64,000 nucleotides of DNA from a virus (Duplodnaviria; Caudoviricetes): positions 1 through 64,000 of IMG/VR virus record IMGVR_UViG_3300034279_001754; one strand, written 5' to 3'. Each line of letters opens with the position of its first letter. The first letter of the stretch is position 1. The notes beneath the pieces are model-generated. The model saw only the letters and a program-made list of their open reading frames with translations. It was not told the DNA's origin and searched no databases. This document shows positions 28,983 through 38,540 of this stretch, piece after piece. Both the position numbers and the translations under genes were made by a program.

Positions 28983-29228
28983 TTACCCGTTACAGTTAAA
29001 AGTCGATGTAATCTCATACTGCCTAAGTAAGTTAAACAACTCAGTTTGAAGGTCTTCGAAGCCGCCCACAAGTTGACCCTGAGTGACCGCATAGCAAGGG
29101 CCCACTTTAGAGCCCGCCCAAGGTATGACTTGTTTGTGCTCTAGAATCTTGTTCCTGTACTTAAGAAGTAGGGAGTTAATCCCGGAGGCGAGCTGAACTT
29201 TATCGGATAGATCTACTTGTTTTAACAT
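28983..29228 (-). CDS. hypothetical protein
   Basis: Minus-strand ORF in gene array. Confidence 0.6.
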   Translation of the reverse strand: MLKQVDLSDKVQLASGINSLLLKYRNKILEHKQVIPWAGSKVGPCYAVTQGQLVGGFEDLQTELFNLLRQYEITSTFNCNG

Positions 29229-29289
29229 GGTTGGTAAAGGTGTTGGTAACGGTGGATTGATAACAAAAGGTGATGTTACCGGATGGGCT

Positions 29290-29352
29290 GGGTCCGGGCA
29301 TAGCCTGCGGCGCCCGTCCCTGGTCGGGGGCTACGCCCCCTCCCGAAATTTT
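29290..29352. repeat. GC-rich ~65-bp element, copy 1 (inverted relative to 58562-58626)
   Basis: Near-identical reverse complement; contains GGGGGCTACGCCCCC hairpin. Confidence 0.9.
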
Positions 29353-29464
29353 CGGGCCATACCCCTATTGTAGCGCGTTTACTAGGGGAGGCAAGGCGGC
29401 TAACCCCCCACAACCCAGCAAGCTGCCTGGAGTCCACCCATTTAACATATATGGCTAGGCAGGT

Positions 29465-31033
29465 TCACCCTTGCGGGACCATCCGCCGCCTATTTCGAGT
29501 CGATGGAACTTCGATATAAGTCAAATGCTCTTTGGCTCTTGTCACCTGGACATAACATAAGTTGTTTTCTTGAATAATTTCCCAATCTTTTCTCGCCCAC
29601 TTACTTGGGTTATAAGCATTCATACCTAGCGCATAAACGTGATCCCATTCTTTACCTTTAGAGCGATGCACTGTGGATAGGGTCAAAATGGACTGGCCCT
29701 TTGACGAATCACTATCTCCAAACAACCCTTTAATTTTATCGATCAATACACTGATTGGATCATCCAATTTACACTGTTCCATCAAAACCCTTAAGGTTTC
29801 TGCTTGGTCTTCAATATCATCACATTTTGTATAATCTTCGTCATCCCTAGCCTTAGCCATGGCTTTTATGTACCAGTTGGCTACTTTGGACTCTAGTTCG
29901 GACACCTCTTCACAATCCCAACGGTTTATTAACTTAATTAGACCATCTCCAATAGCCCGACCCTCTACCCTGCATGAAATACCCTTCTTGATAAGCTTAA
30001 AAGCCAACTCAACCAAGGGCTTCGTTACTCTGCACAAGATGGTATCGCTCGGGTTAAGGTTGGGATTCTTCAGTAGATCTTCCAACTTTAGGGAATCTAC
30101 AATGCCGTCAGGCGCACCATCAAATGCTTTAATGTGGGGCACCCACCTTTGGGCCTCCTTGACAATGAGCTTTGGACAACGAAAAGTTGTTGTCAGCGGG
30201 AGATTGATGGTGTTGAATTCTTTAGCAATCAAATCCATTGCATTGTGGTCAGCACCAGTATACGCATTGATCGACTGATGGCTATCCCCAACAGCAATTA
30301 GACGCCCATTAGGGGCAAGCATCATCTTAATGAGCTTACGTCTTACGGGGTTAGTATCCTGTGCTTCATCTAGGAGGACCCAGTCGTATTGCTTAGATTT
30401 TAACCCCAAAAGGACCGGCCCATACACCATGTCATCGAAGTCAATTATTTTAGGGATGGCCCTATTACTTTCTTTTAGGACAGCACGAGCTTCTTTGATT
30501 CCGTCACTTAGTGATGCAAACTTAGGGAGAGCCAAATCCAGGGAAAAGTGATCAACCATATGGCCCCAAGCCAGGTTATCATCAATATTTGAAAAAATAC
30601 CGATCCCAATTTGTTTGGCTTTTGATGCAGCATTTATGGCAAATGTGCGCAGATAAGGGTTTTTAACGACAGAGTCTGCAATTTTTTTGAGTTTTTTGTA
30701 CCCGTCTAGCTCTACCCTTGGGTAAGCAGAACGTAAAATTTTATACCCGAAACTATGAACGGTGCCAATATTGAGTCGATCTCCGATTTGCATTGGGCTA
30801 GATCTTACTTCAAGTTCTTTGACAATGGCTTTGTTATAGGCGCAAAAACCTACATCGCCCTTAGTTCGAGGGAGAACCCCAAGTAAAACCTTAGTTTTTC
30901 CTGACCCTGCTACAGCTTCAACAAGTGCAGATCCTTCACCTTTGACGGCCCATTCTGCTACTGCATACTGCTCAGGGGATGGGGTTGGCCCTTTGGTTGA
31001 GGTTGAATCGTCAGTAGGTTGGGGTATTAGCAT
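29465..31033 (-). CDS. UvrD/Rep-family SF1 helicase
   Basis: AVAGSGKT, DEAQD, VGDSHQSI, TFRCP, STVHRSKGKEW, YVQVTRAK. Confidence 0.93.
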   Translation of the reverse strand: MLIPQPTDDSTSTKGPTPSPEQYAVAEWAVKGEGSALVEAVAGSGKTKVLLGVLPRTKGDVGFCAYNKAIVKELEVRSSPMQIGDRLNIGTVHSFGYKILRSAYPRVELDGYKKLKKIADSVVKNPYLRTFAINAASKAKQIGIGIFSNIDDNLAWGHMVDHFSLDLALPKFASLSDGIKEARAVLKESNRAIPKIIDFDDMVYGPVLLGLKSKQYDWVLLDEAQDTNPVRRKLIKMMLAPNGRLIAVGDSHQSINAYTGADHNAMDLIAKEFNTINLPLTTTFRCPKLIVKEAQRWVPHIKAFDGAPDGIVDSLKLEDLLKNPNLNPSDTILCRVTKPLVELAFKLIKKGISCRVEGRAIGDGLIKLINRWDCEEVSELESKVANWYIKAMAKARDDEDYTKCDDIEDQAETLRVLMEQCKLDDPISVLIDKIKGLFGDSDSSKGQSILTLSTVHRSKGKEWDHVYALGMNAYNPSKWARKDWEIIQENNLCYVQVTRAKEHLTYIEVPSTRNRRRMVPQG

Positions 31034-31367
31034 CTTGGTTGCGGTTTGGTTGCGGTTTAGTAGTTGGTTGATAATTGGTTTATAGCTGGGTGTGTCAAAT
31101 TAACTTATGGCAATATGGCAATGTCCCAGTGGGGATCCCCTGAAAGATCCACCCATGCGCAGTATTTGCCGTTAACTGAAACGAAGAATATTTTATTGCC
31201 TTTCCGCTGTTCGATGTTGATATTGGGGTTTCCACCCATTGAATTTATCAGGCGGTTCCTGGCTTTGTTTGAGATTGGAATTGCTCGGGCCATTTTTCGA
31301 CTTTGGAACTTACTTCTATTATAGTACATGCTTGCTGTAAAGTCAATGGCCCCGAGGTTAACCACCA

Positions 31368-31853
31368 TTAGTTAAAACTAGGCTCTAGCAGCAGTGCCAG
31401 CATTTCCTGAATGGTTTTATAGACGGGATCTCCGGGTGAGAAGGAAAACTTTTGAGTTGCTTTATTGTCGATCCATTCGCGGATGCCGGTTCCAAACTCA
31501 GTTGACCTAGCATACCAATCGCAGACCATCTCAGCAACGTAGACTTTCGGCATGTCGTGGATGCTACCCCAGTATTCGGGGTGATGTGGGTTCACGGACT
31601 GATGATGTTTGATGACTTCAGAAAGTAAAGGGTCTGAATGAAAAAGGTGAGCAAACTCTATACCTTTGAATTTAGAATTATCATGGATTTGCCCGTTGGC
31701 AATTAGGTTGCGACCAAGCTCAATTTCGCCACGCTTCATTAGTTTGAGTCCCAGCTTATAGCAGCCCCTTTGAACATTTTGAATGTGGTTAAAAACAAGT
31801 TCGATTTTATCGATGGATTCAGTTTCGATTGTCATTTGGGGAGTGCCTGGCAT
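31368..31853 (-). CDS. HD-fold protein (DUF5662-like)
   Basis: HIQNV, HDNSKF, HHQSVNPHHPEYW, EMVCDW. Confidence 0.8.
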   Translation of the reverse strand: MPGTPQMTIETESIDKIELVFNHIQNVQRGCYKLGLKLMKRGEIELGRNLIANGQIHDNSKFKGIEFAHLFHSDPLLSEVIKHHQSVNPHHPEYWGSIHDMPKVYVAEMVCDWYARSTEFGTGIREWIDNKATQKFSFSPGDPVYKTIQEMLALLLEPSFN

Positions 31854-31887
31854 TCATCCATACGTTATTACCCTGCTTTACCGGGCT

Positions 31888-33012
31888 CTAGCAATGATAG
31901 TGATAGAATTTTTCTATGGTTTCACCACACAAAGAGTTGATTAATTCGTCATCAATTGTGCTTTGTAAAACGCACTCATTTTTCATTACGTGGTCGGCTT
32001 CGTTAAATAACTGGTTCACAGTGGAAGTCAGTTCATCATAGGAAATTCTACCGTACTTAATGTCAAGAAGGAACTCTGCGTCACCGACCAATTTCCTATC
32101 TACGAATAGCTTACCGGTCCGCATCCCTTCAATAACCATTTTCATAAGCCTCACGCAATGACTAGCATTCTTACCATCATACCCACAAGCCCGTTCAATT
32201 TCAGATCGTTTGACATTTCTATTCGTCAACCAATCTTGATAGTTGCTCCATCTTCTCAGGTCTGCCCGGTATTGCTGACTGGAGTGGAGTAATGCCATGT
32301 ACTCATCACTTGCCCTTGTGATTTTCTGTGTCTCGTCAAAGCATTGCGTTGGCAGGACACTCTGTTTCAGAATACCTTTCCAACCAACCTGTCCATTAAG
32401 GATGTCGTAAAGCTCAGTGGAGGCCTGGTAATATTCGATTCTATCTTTAATCAACAGGTACAAATACTCAATAAACGACTCGATCTGCGAGGGTGTTAAG
32501 CTCGGTGAGGGTACCCCGTAGTCTTCCCACTCTGGTTTCCTTGTTGGTGGATTCCGCAGCCATTTGCGGTGGGTTTCCATCTTTTTGATTTGAGACTTTG
32601 CATACTGGACAAATGTGCCAGAGATTCTTTTGGAGATTAGTTTTGTTCGGTTGTCGATCAGGGACTGCCCAAGGTAATCAAGGTAGATATAGCTATCGAG
32701 GGTTTGCCAAAGCATCTCCAGGATGTTGGGGTTTTGCGATCGTAATAGGCTGAGATATCGCCTGATGCCATAAACTACTGAGTCGGAATTGTCTAATTCA
32801 GGAAATCTTGTCCTAAAAGTTGGTTCCCCGGTATGCTCCCACCCCTTGTCCTTTTGTTCAAATGTTTCTAATGTAGTGTAAAATCTCCGTGGTGCAACAC
32901 AGATACCTTTAAAGTCAAGGTCTGACATTTCGGTGTTTAAACCATAGGCGTGACTACCTGATTTACAAAATAGGATCATCCCGTCTTCGATTTCTTTTCG
33001 TGTAATTGTCAT
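31888..33012 (-). CDS. predicted nucleotidyltransferase (YcgL/RlaP-like)
   Basis: GSHAYGLNTEMSDLDFKG, NPNILEML, GYDGKNASHCVRL. Confidence 0.88.
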   Translation of the reverse strand: MTITRKEIEDGMILFCKSGSHAYGLNTEMSDLDFKGICVAPRRFYTTLETFEQKDKGWEHTGEPTFRTRFPELDNSDSVVYGIRRYLSLLRSQNPNILEMLWQTLDSYIYLDYLGQSLIDNRTKLISKRISGTFVQYAKSQIKKMETHRKWLRNPPTRKPEWEDYGVPSPSLTPSQIESFIEYLYLLIKDRIEYYQASTELYDILNGQVGWKGILKQSVLPTQCFDETQKITRASDEYMALLHSSQQYRADLRRWSNYQDWLTNRNVKRSEIERACGYDGKNASHCVRLMKMVIEGMRTGKLFVDRKLVGDAEFLLDIKYGRISYDELTSTVNQLFNEADHVMKNECVLQSTIDDELINSLCGETIEKFYHYHC

Positions 33013-33035
33013 TTTTTTGGGAGGGGGAAGTCTCG

Positions 33036-33347
33036 TTAAGTAGGGTCGTTGGCCTCTAGGAGGTACTCCGATCGGATCAAGTGCTCGTCTACTTCGTAGT
33101 AAGAAGGGATATCAATTTTATCGTGAGGCCCATCAATGCGAAACTCCTCTCGTACTGCAACCATCAAAGCATTTACAAAGGAGTCTAAACAATCTAAATT
33201 ACCGCAAACTCCGGTATTTGTCCTGAGACACTGGATTTCGATGGTAGCCCTATAACGTTTGATTCTCGATGCTTCTACTGAAGCAATGTCAGCTTTTAGT
33301 TTCCGAATTTGAAGGTCGGTCAGTTGAGCTAGGTCAATCAATTCCAT
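33036..33347 (-). CDS. hypothetical protein
   Basis: Minus-strand ORF in gene array. Confidence 0.6.
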   Translation of the reverse strand: MELIDLAQLTDLQIRKLKADIASVEASRIKRYRATIEIQCLRTNTGVCGNLDCLDSFVNALMVAVREEFRIDGPHDKIDIPSYYEVDEHLIRSEYLLEANDPT

Positions 33348-33371
33348 TGGGTTTTCACTTTTTTATGTAAA

Positions 33372-33581
33372 TCATTGGGTCCATTCTCTCAAGTCAACAA
33401 TTTCATACCAAGCGCATTGCCGGGACCCGTACTCTCCGCCTTTAACCTTGAAATTATACGGAGCTACCGACTCTACTTGCTCTTTAGCTTCTTCGTATGT
33501 TGAGAAACAACCAATCCAGTCTCCAGTATCACATGACGGGTAATAATAGTCTCCAGCAATTAACAAGTATGGCTTATTCAT
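33372..33581 (-). CDS. hypothetical phage protein
   Basis: YLLIAGDYYYP...DW...WYEIVDL; ATGA-coupled. Confidence 0.75.
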   Translation of the reverse strand: MNKPYLLIAGDYYYPSCDTGDWIGCFSTYEEAKEQVESVAPYNFKVKGGEYGSRQCAWYEIVDLREWTQ

Positions 33582-33793
33582 AGTAGCACCAGATCTTCAG
33601 GGCTACAAGATTGGGATGTGGTCCCAGCCCAGCCCAGCCTCGATACTGCTTTGTTAAACTTTACAAATACGTTTTTGCCATTGTTAGATGATACGGTGCC
33701 ATGTTCAACGTCCGGGTGGTTGATTTCCCCGTGGGCGTGCCCCGGAATATAAGCCACTTTGACTCCGGGTGTTGCAAGTTTGATGTCAATCAT
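33578..33793 (-). CDS. hypothetical phage protein
   Basis: VAYIPGHAHG..HPDVEHG.VSS.N pattern. Confidence 0.7.
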   Translation of the reverse strand: MIDIKLATPGVKVAYIPGHAHGEINHPDVEHGTVSSNNGKNVFVKFNKAVSRLGWAGTTSQSCSPEDLVLL

Positions 33794-34058
33794 TGGTTTT
33801 AGTGTTATTTAATTTGATTTCTAATGATAGGACTCTCAGGGTAATTTCCTCGGTCTTGAGCGCCATTTCCTCAGCTCTGAGAGCCATGCGTTCGGCTTTG
33901 TAAGCCATCTCCTCAGCCTTGAGCGCCATCTCTTCGGCCTTGAAAGCCATTTCCTCAGCCTTGAGAGCCATCTCCTCAGCCTTGATCGCCTGAGTGCGTT
34001 TGTTTATGGGTGGCAATGGTTGTCTCATCCACAATGGCAGAAATGCTGGGCTCCACAT
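33786..34058 (-). CDS. heptad-repeat (KAEEMAL) coiled-coil protein
   Basis: About seven 21-nt repeats with synonymous variation. Confidence 0.7.
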   Translation of the reverse strand: MWSPAFLPLWMRQPLPPINKRTQAIKAEEMALKAEEMAFKAEEMALKAEEMAYKAERMALRAEEMALKTEEITLRVLSLEIKLNNTKTND

Positions 34059-34078
34059 GGGTTTAAGGTAAATTACAA

Positions 34079-34687
34079 TTAGTTTGAACCTAGGACAAAT
34101 CGAGCGAACCGCTTCATAACGATGTTTTCACCTACCGTGGCGGCAAAGTTTTTGACGTAAGTCTCAATAGTCATTGTGCTATCCTTAATGTAAGGTTGGT
34201 CCATCAGGGATAGCTCCTTGAAGCGCTTGGCCACACGGCCTTCAACGATTTTACCACGGATTGCCTCTGGCTTCTTCGCAAGGTCTTCTTTGCCCATTTC
34301 GATTCGAGTCTCGTCTAGCAGGACTGATTCTGGAATTTCTGAAATGGAGACATAACTTACAGAAGGGCACGCCGCAACTTGCATTGCCAAAGTGCGAACG
34401 AACTCTTGGAATGGCCCAGATTTTGCCACAAAATCAGTTTCGCAATTGACTTCGATGAGCACACCAATGTTGCCACCTGTATGGATATAGCTGGAGATGG
34501 TACCTTCTTTGGCAGCCCTGCCAATTTTACCATCAGCTAAGACGATACCTTTTTGGCGCAGCCAAGTGATTGCTCCGGCTTCGTCGCCTTTGGAGTTAAT
34601 AAGCGCATCCTTACAAAGGATCATGCCTGCTCCGGTCTTTTCTCGTAGAGCTTTAATTTGTGGGATTGTGGGTGGGTTGTTGGTCAT
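34079..34687 (-). CDS. tsf: translation elongation factor Ts (short cyanobacterial type)
   Basis: LREKTGAGM..CK.AL, SYIHTGG.IGVLIEVNCETDFVA, GENIV..RFARFVLG. Confidence 0.96.
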   Translation of the reverse strand: MTNNPPTIPQIKALREKTGAGMILCKDALINSKGDEAGAITWLRQKGIVLADGKIGRAAKEGTISSYIHTGGNIGVLIEVNCETDFVAKSGPFQEFVRTLAMQVAACPSVSYVSISEIPESVLLDETRIEMGKEDLAKKPEAIRGKIVEGRVAKRFKELSLMDQPYIKDSTMTIETYVKNFAATVGENIVMKRFARFVLGSN

Positions 34688-34735
34688 TTTGATTTTAGGT
34701 ATTTGGTTGGGAGGCAATGACTGAGTAGGCAATGG

Positions 34736-35071
34736 TTAGATGCCTGGGTCATGATAAAAGATGGGGATTTTCCGGTCCCTTGCAAAGGAAATTTCATCTT
34801 GAACTCCAGGAGATTCCATCCACCCTGGAAGTTGCAAGACAATTAGCTGATCTGACTTCTCAAGAATTGTCAGGCAGTAGTTTCTCCAAAACCTATAATC
34901 AGAAGGCAGTTCAACACCACGGTCAAAGCAAAAGTGCATGAGCAACGGTGAGAAGGCCACCAGTCCTTTCGAGGCAAGGTCGGCAAGTTCATAGGTGACA
35001 GCATCCATGCGGGTTTGTGTGACTGCAGGATTGCTATCACCGTATGGTGCGGCCAGATAGATTAATGGCAT
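34736..35071 (-). CDS. DUF1937 / nucleoside deoxyribosyltransferase-like protein
   Basis: IYLAAPY, FSPL..H, LPGWMESPGVQDEI. Confidence 0.85.
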   Translation of the reverse strand: MPLIYLAAPYGDSNPAVTQTRMDAVTYELADLASKGLVAFSPLLMHFCFDRGVELPSDYRFWRNYCLTILEKSDQLIVLQLPGWMESPGVQDEISFARDRKIPIFYHDPGI

Positions 35072-35086
35072 TTTGCTTCTCAGCTT

Positions 35087-35329
35087 CTAATCTTCAGGTC
35101 GGTCATAATTAACTCCCAGGAGACGACAAAGCGCACGGGCAAAGTCAATCTCACCTACCCGAGCACCATCGTTAAAGGCATCATCATAGCTACCTGCATC
35201 TATCGGGCAGTATTCACCCTCGTCGGGCGATCGGTCTAAAGCGTGTCGCTGAGATGCTGTGAATTTGATTTTAGCGACTAGGGTGTCAATTTTATCATTG
35301 GAGGCTAGAAGTTCAAGTGATGTGTTCAT
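35087..35329 (-). CDS. hypothetical protein
   Basis: Minus-strand ORF in gene array. Confidence 0.65.
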   Translation of the reverse strand: MNTSLELLASNDKIDTLVAKIKFTASQRHALDRSPDEGEYCPIDAGSYDDAFNDGARVGEIDFARALCRLLGVNYDRPED

Positions 35330-35655
35330 TGGGGAGATTGTGCTTTGAGAATGATGCCAATGCCATGTTCGGTAGCTACAGGTTCGTAACTCCGGAGATC
35401 CACAGGTTCTACGATGTCTTTCTTGAGTGTTACCTTCACGTCCTTTAGAAATCTGGTGGCAGCGATGGCGGGGAGAGCAGTTCTAGCCCTACTAATAGTC
35501 GCATTGGCTCGTCTAACTGCCTTTCTAGCCCCATAATGGTAAAGAACCCGTTCACACTCCTACAGGCTAAATAGCATGTCAATAAACAAAGAATGGATTT
35601 CCTCTGGGGTGGCAGGTTGTTTGGCCCATTCAGGCACGGAATTGGTTTCTGGCAT
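35326..35655 (-). pseudogene. 110-codon gene with one in-frame TAG at 35560-35562
   Basis: TTGACT-17-TATACT promoter, ATG, FSL*ECERV, and an ATGA overlap with the next gene. Confidence 0.7.
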
Positions 35656-35716
35656 AGCTGTAGTATAGCATGTTAGTCCCGGAAAGTCAACGGGGTTTTG
35701 GCCCGCACTAACCTTG

Positions 35717-36136
35717 TCATAAATGATCAAAAAAGTCCCAAAGCACCGTATAAATTAAATACAAGATGACACCAAGTGATGCAGCGGCTAAGGTTATTGG
35801 GAATACCGGAAAGCCTTTAATTGCTAGAGTCACTATGCCCGCCAAGGAAAGGAAGGTAAATAAGAGGTTTCTTACGCCCTTTCTTACGTCTTTCGGAATT
35901 TTCGGGAGTTCAATACGCTTCCACCATTTATCGTGGTTCCGACACCATTGACCTTTAAGGACTAGTTTTTCGTTTTGCCAGCCCCATAGCGAAGTGGTTG
36001 CAATTTGGCGACAATAACGGTGGTTGCAGTTCTCTGGGGGCATACCGTCGCTTGCAATTTCATAGAATGGGGTAGTCATTCCTGCAGCTTGCCCTGGTTT
36101 GAACATGGCTTGAGGTTGTGAGTTGGTTTCAGTCAT
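35717..36136 (-). CDS. putative membrane protein
   Basis: Start MTETNS 6 nt after TATACT; two C-terminal TM segments. Confidence 0.7.
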   Translation of the reverse strand: MTETNSQPQAMFKPGQAAGMTTPFYEIASDGMPPENCNHRYCRQIATTSLWGWQNEKLVLKGQWCRNHDKWWKRIELPKIPKDVRKGVRNLLFTFLSLAGIVTLAIKGFPVFPITLAAASLGVILYLIYTVLWDFFDHL

Positions 36137-36209
36137 GGGTGTAGTATAGCATGTCAGGCTCGGAAAGTCAACGGGGATAATGCGTGGGGTGTCATGACTA
36201 TGATAGCTT

Positions 36210-36283
36210 GTTTGCCTTTGGGTGTGGGTGCGAATTCCCGTACAAAAAGGTTCGGTAATTACACCATCGGGAGCCGAAGTCAA
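36210..36283. repeat. ~70-bp dispersed repeat (other copies at 45297-45368 and, partial, 44856-44899)
   Basis: AAAAGGTTCGGT(A/T)ATTAC(A/G)CCATCG..AGCCG(A/G)AGTCAA conserved. Confidence 0.85.
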
Positions 36284-36817
36284 TCAGAAGCGAAGGGTCT
36301 CTTCACCGGGTTGCATCGTTTGCGGTGGGGCGGGTATCGTTTGGTCCGTGCGAACTAGCTGCATTGGCTGCACCCATCACCGCCTGCGCGTCGGGGGAAA
36401 GTGGTTTGCTCATGGCCTAGCTCCAAAAACAAACCGAATGCGTTCCCACAACGGCAAAAAGCGACAAGAGCCATCATCGGCAATTCTGAGGATACCGTCT
36501 TGCTTGTGGTGATAGCGAACGTCAGAATGTTTAATTGTCTTTGATGGTGCAGAGGTGGGGTTAAGGTTGGTCATCGGGTGAGGGGTTGAATGTTGGTCAG
36601 TCATTTGGTTGGTTTTCATTGCTTATAGGAACGTTTGCTATCCATCCAAACTTTATTGAGAAGAAACCAAAGATCAACGAGATGGCTTGAACATCTTCAT
36701 CAATCGGACTTTGCAGCTTGCGCAATCTGAACCGTACTGGCTTATTGTCATCCATCCAACAGTCTGAAAGGTCAACGCGAAATAGAGTCCGTCTCGTCTC
36801 GTGATTTATAAGATTTA

Positions 36818-37606
36818 TCATCGCGCCACCTCGCTGGAGCCAGGAGATGTGACGGAATTGGGGAGCCTTAATGCCCAGTGCCCGTCCTGTCGCTGCGACC
36901 ATTCTCCAACTCTGACGCTGCGTCCGTCATCAGTTTCAACGTCAATGAACACGCAATCATTACCCGGACCAGGGGGACCAGTGAAAATTATGTTTAGTGG
37001 TTGCTTCTCCATGAGACGGTTCAGCTCTGCACCCGCCAGGCCCAGTAGGTGTTGATGCTGCTGGAGTAGGGCGGCGATGCGATCCGCTTGCTCGCTTGTG
37101 ATGGTTCTGTACTCGGGGAACGGGTCGCCGGGTTCCTTCAATGCAGCCACCAACTCCCTTACCTCCGCAGCGAGCACATCTGGCGCTGGCGGGACAGTGG
37201 GGCGCCCCCAGCGAGCGAGAACGGCGCGGGCAAAGGCGACCAGATCAACTGCTCCATAGCCTTCGGTATCCAATTCGTCTCGGAGCGCCATAATCTCCCT
37301 GTAGGTCGGACCCCCCTCCGGCTCGGACAAAGCAGCGGGCGGCACCAGCCACTCTAGGTTGCACTGCTCACACCCGGCAATAAATGCGTCCAGCGATTCG
37401 GCCCAAACGTGACCAATCCCGCGTGATTCAACCTGCACAAGCTCGGGCGACCATTCGGGTGAATGAACGGTTCTGGCTATGTCTCGGCAAGTGTCGGGCT
37501 TGCCATGGTCCATGTCAACAATGCAGACGATTGCTGCGGTATGGGCCAGTTCCCAGAGCTGGCGATAATCGCGTGAGGTTGGGTAGTTGGCAGTTGGGAC
37601 GATCAT
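36818..37606 (-). CDS. mosaic hypothetical protein
   Basis: FARAVLARWG and FTGPPGP...FIDVETDDGRSVRVGEW modules; visibly higher GC. Confidence 0.75.
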   Translation of the reverse strand: MIVPTANYPTSRDYRQLWELAHTAAIVCIVDMDHGKPDTCRDIARTVHSPEWSPELVQVESRGIGHVWAESLDAFIAGCEQCNLEWLVPPAALSEPEGGPTYREIMALRDELDTEGYGAVDLVAFARAVLARWGRPTVPPAPDVLAAEVRELVAALKEPGDPFPEYRTITSEQADRIAALLQQHQHLLGLAGAELNRLMEKQPLNIIFTGPPGPGNDCVFIDVETDDGRSVRVGEWSQRQDGHWALRLPNSVTSPGSSEVAR

Positions 37607-37830
37607 GGTGCCTCCGTGGTGGTGGTACTAGTGTCTTCAATCGTGCCGCCAATAAAAAGTTCATGGCAAGCATGCAAATAAGTGGCGCCTAGATCCAACC
37701 ATACGCCTCTCCCTATCGGCCTCTGGTAGTACCCAAAGAGTTTGTCATAGTGGGTGAGGCGCCGTAAGCCGCCGTCAGTACATCTGACTTTTTGATTTAG
37801 CGCTTCGTCCAGGGATTGGATCGTGATCAT
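37603..37830 (-). CDS. hypothetical protein
   Basis: ATGA-coupled; ends TTTTEAP. Confidence 0.65.
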   Translation of the reverse strand: MITIQSLDEALNQKVRCTDGGLRRLTHYDKLFGYYQRPIGRGVWLDLGATYLHACHELFIGGTIEDTSTTTTEAP

Positions 37831-38264
37831 GGTGCCTCCGTGGTGGTGGTTTGCTGTTGCTCTAATCCTGAGGCAATAAATGCCCCCCTCAACTTATCAA
37901 CTACATCTGTTTTGAACGTCTCAACCTGCGAACGCAACTCTTCCAAAGAGTCGCATTCAAACGGTTTCTCTTGCATTTCTTCGCCCAGGATCAATACAGT
38001 CACGGTGCCATCCCATTTTGGTCCGTAGTGGGTCTTTGGGGGATAGAAGCGACTGCTAAAGCTAACTACTGGGCCATCGTAGTCCAATTTGAAGCCACAA
38101 TCCCACTTCCAGGTCGGCTCATGTCGCTTGTAGCTATCGGTGTTGGCCTGTGATTCCCATTGGTAGGCCAGGTCCCAACTGGTTGGGCAATCTCCCAAAG
38201 GCTCACCGCCATCGAAAATAATTTGGTTGTTTGTGGTGGGCATGTCAATGTGGCCGGTGCTCAT
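37827..38264 (-). CDS. hypothetical protein
   Basis: ATGA-coupled; ends TTTTEAP. Confidence 0.7.
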   Translation of the reverse strand: MSTGHIDMPTTNNQIIFDGGEPLGDCPTSWDLAYQWESQANTDSYKRHEPTWKWDCGFKLDYDGPVVSFSSRFYPPKTHYGPKWDGTVTVLILGEEMQEKPFECDSLEELRSQVETFKTDVVDKLRGAFIASGLEQQQTTTTEAP

Positions 38265-38506
38265 GTTGCCTCCTTAATTGGAATACACAGCCAGTAGCGA
38301 TGCTGTTCATTGATGCGTTGATACTCTGGGCCGATTTCCCAGGTAGTACGAGCCTCCATCAATGGGAAGTCGGCACCTTTAAACCCAAAACTGGTAAACA
38401 TGTCGCCTTCAAATGATGCTGTGCCAAATGGCACAAGCTCAGGGTGCCGAGCGCGAATCACGGCCCAGACTTCGGGGCTGGTTTCGACTGTTCTGTAGTC
38501 TTTCAT
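38261..38506 (-). CDS. hypothetical protein
   Basis: Probable start MKDYRT. Confidence 0.6.
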   Translation of the reverse strand: MKDYRTVETSPEVWAVIRARHPELVPFGTASFEGDMFTSFGFKGADFPLMEARTTWEIGPEYQRINEQHRYWLCIPIKEAT

Positions 38507-38540
38507 TTGGCTTCTGTGGTGGTTTGCAGTGATCGGGTGT

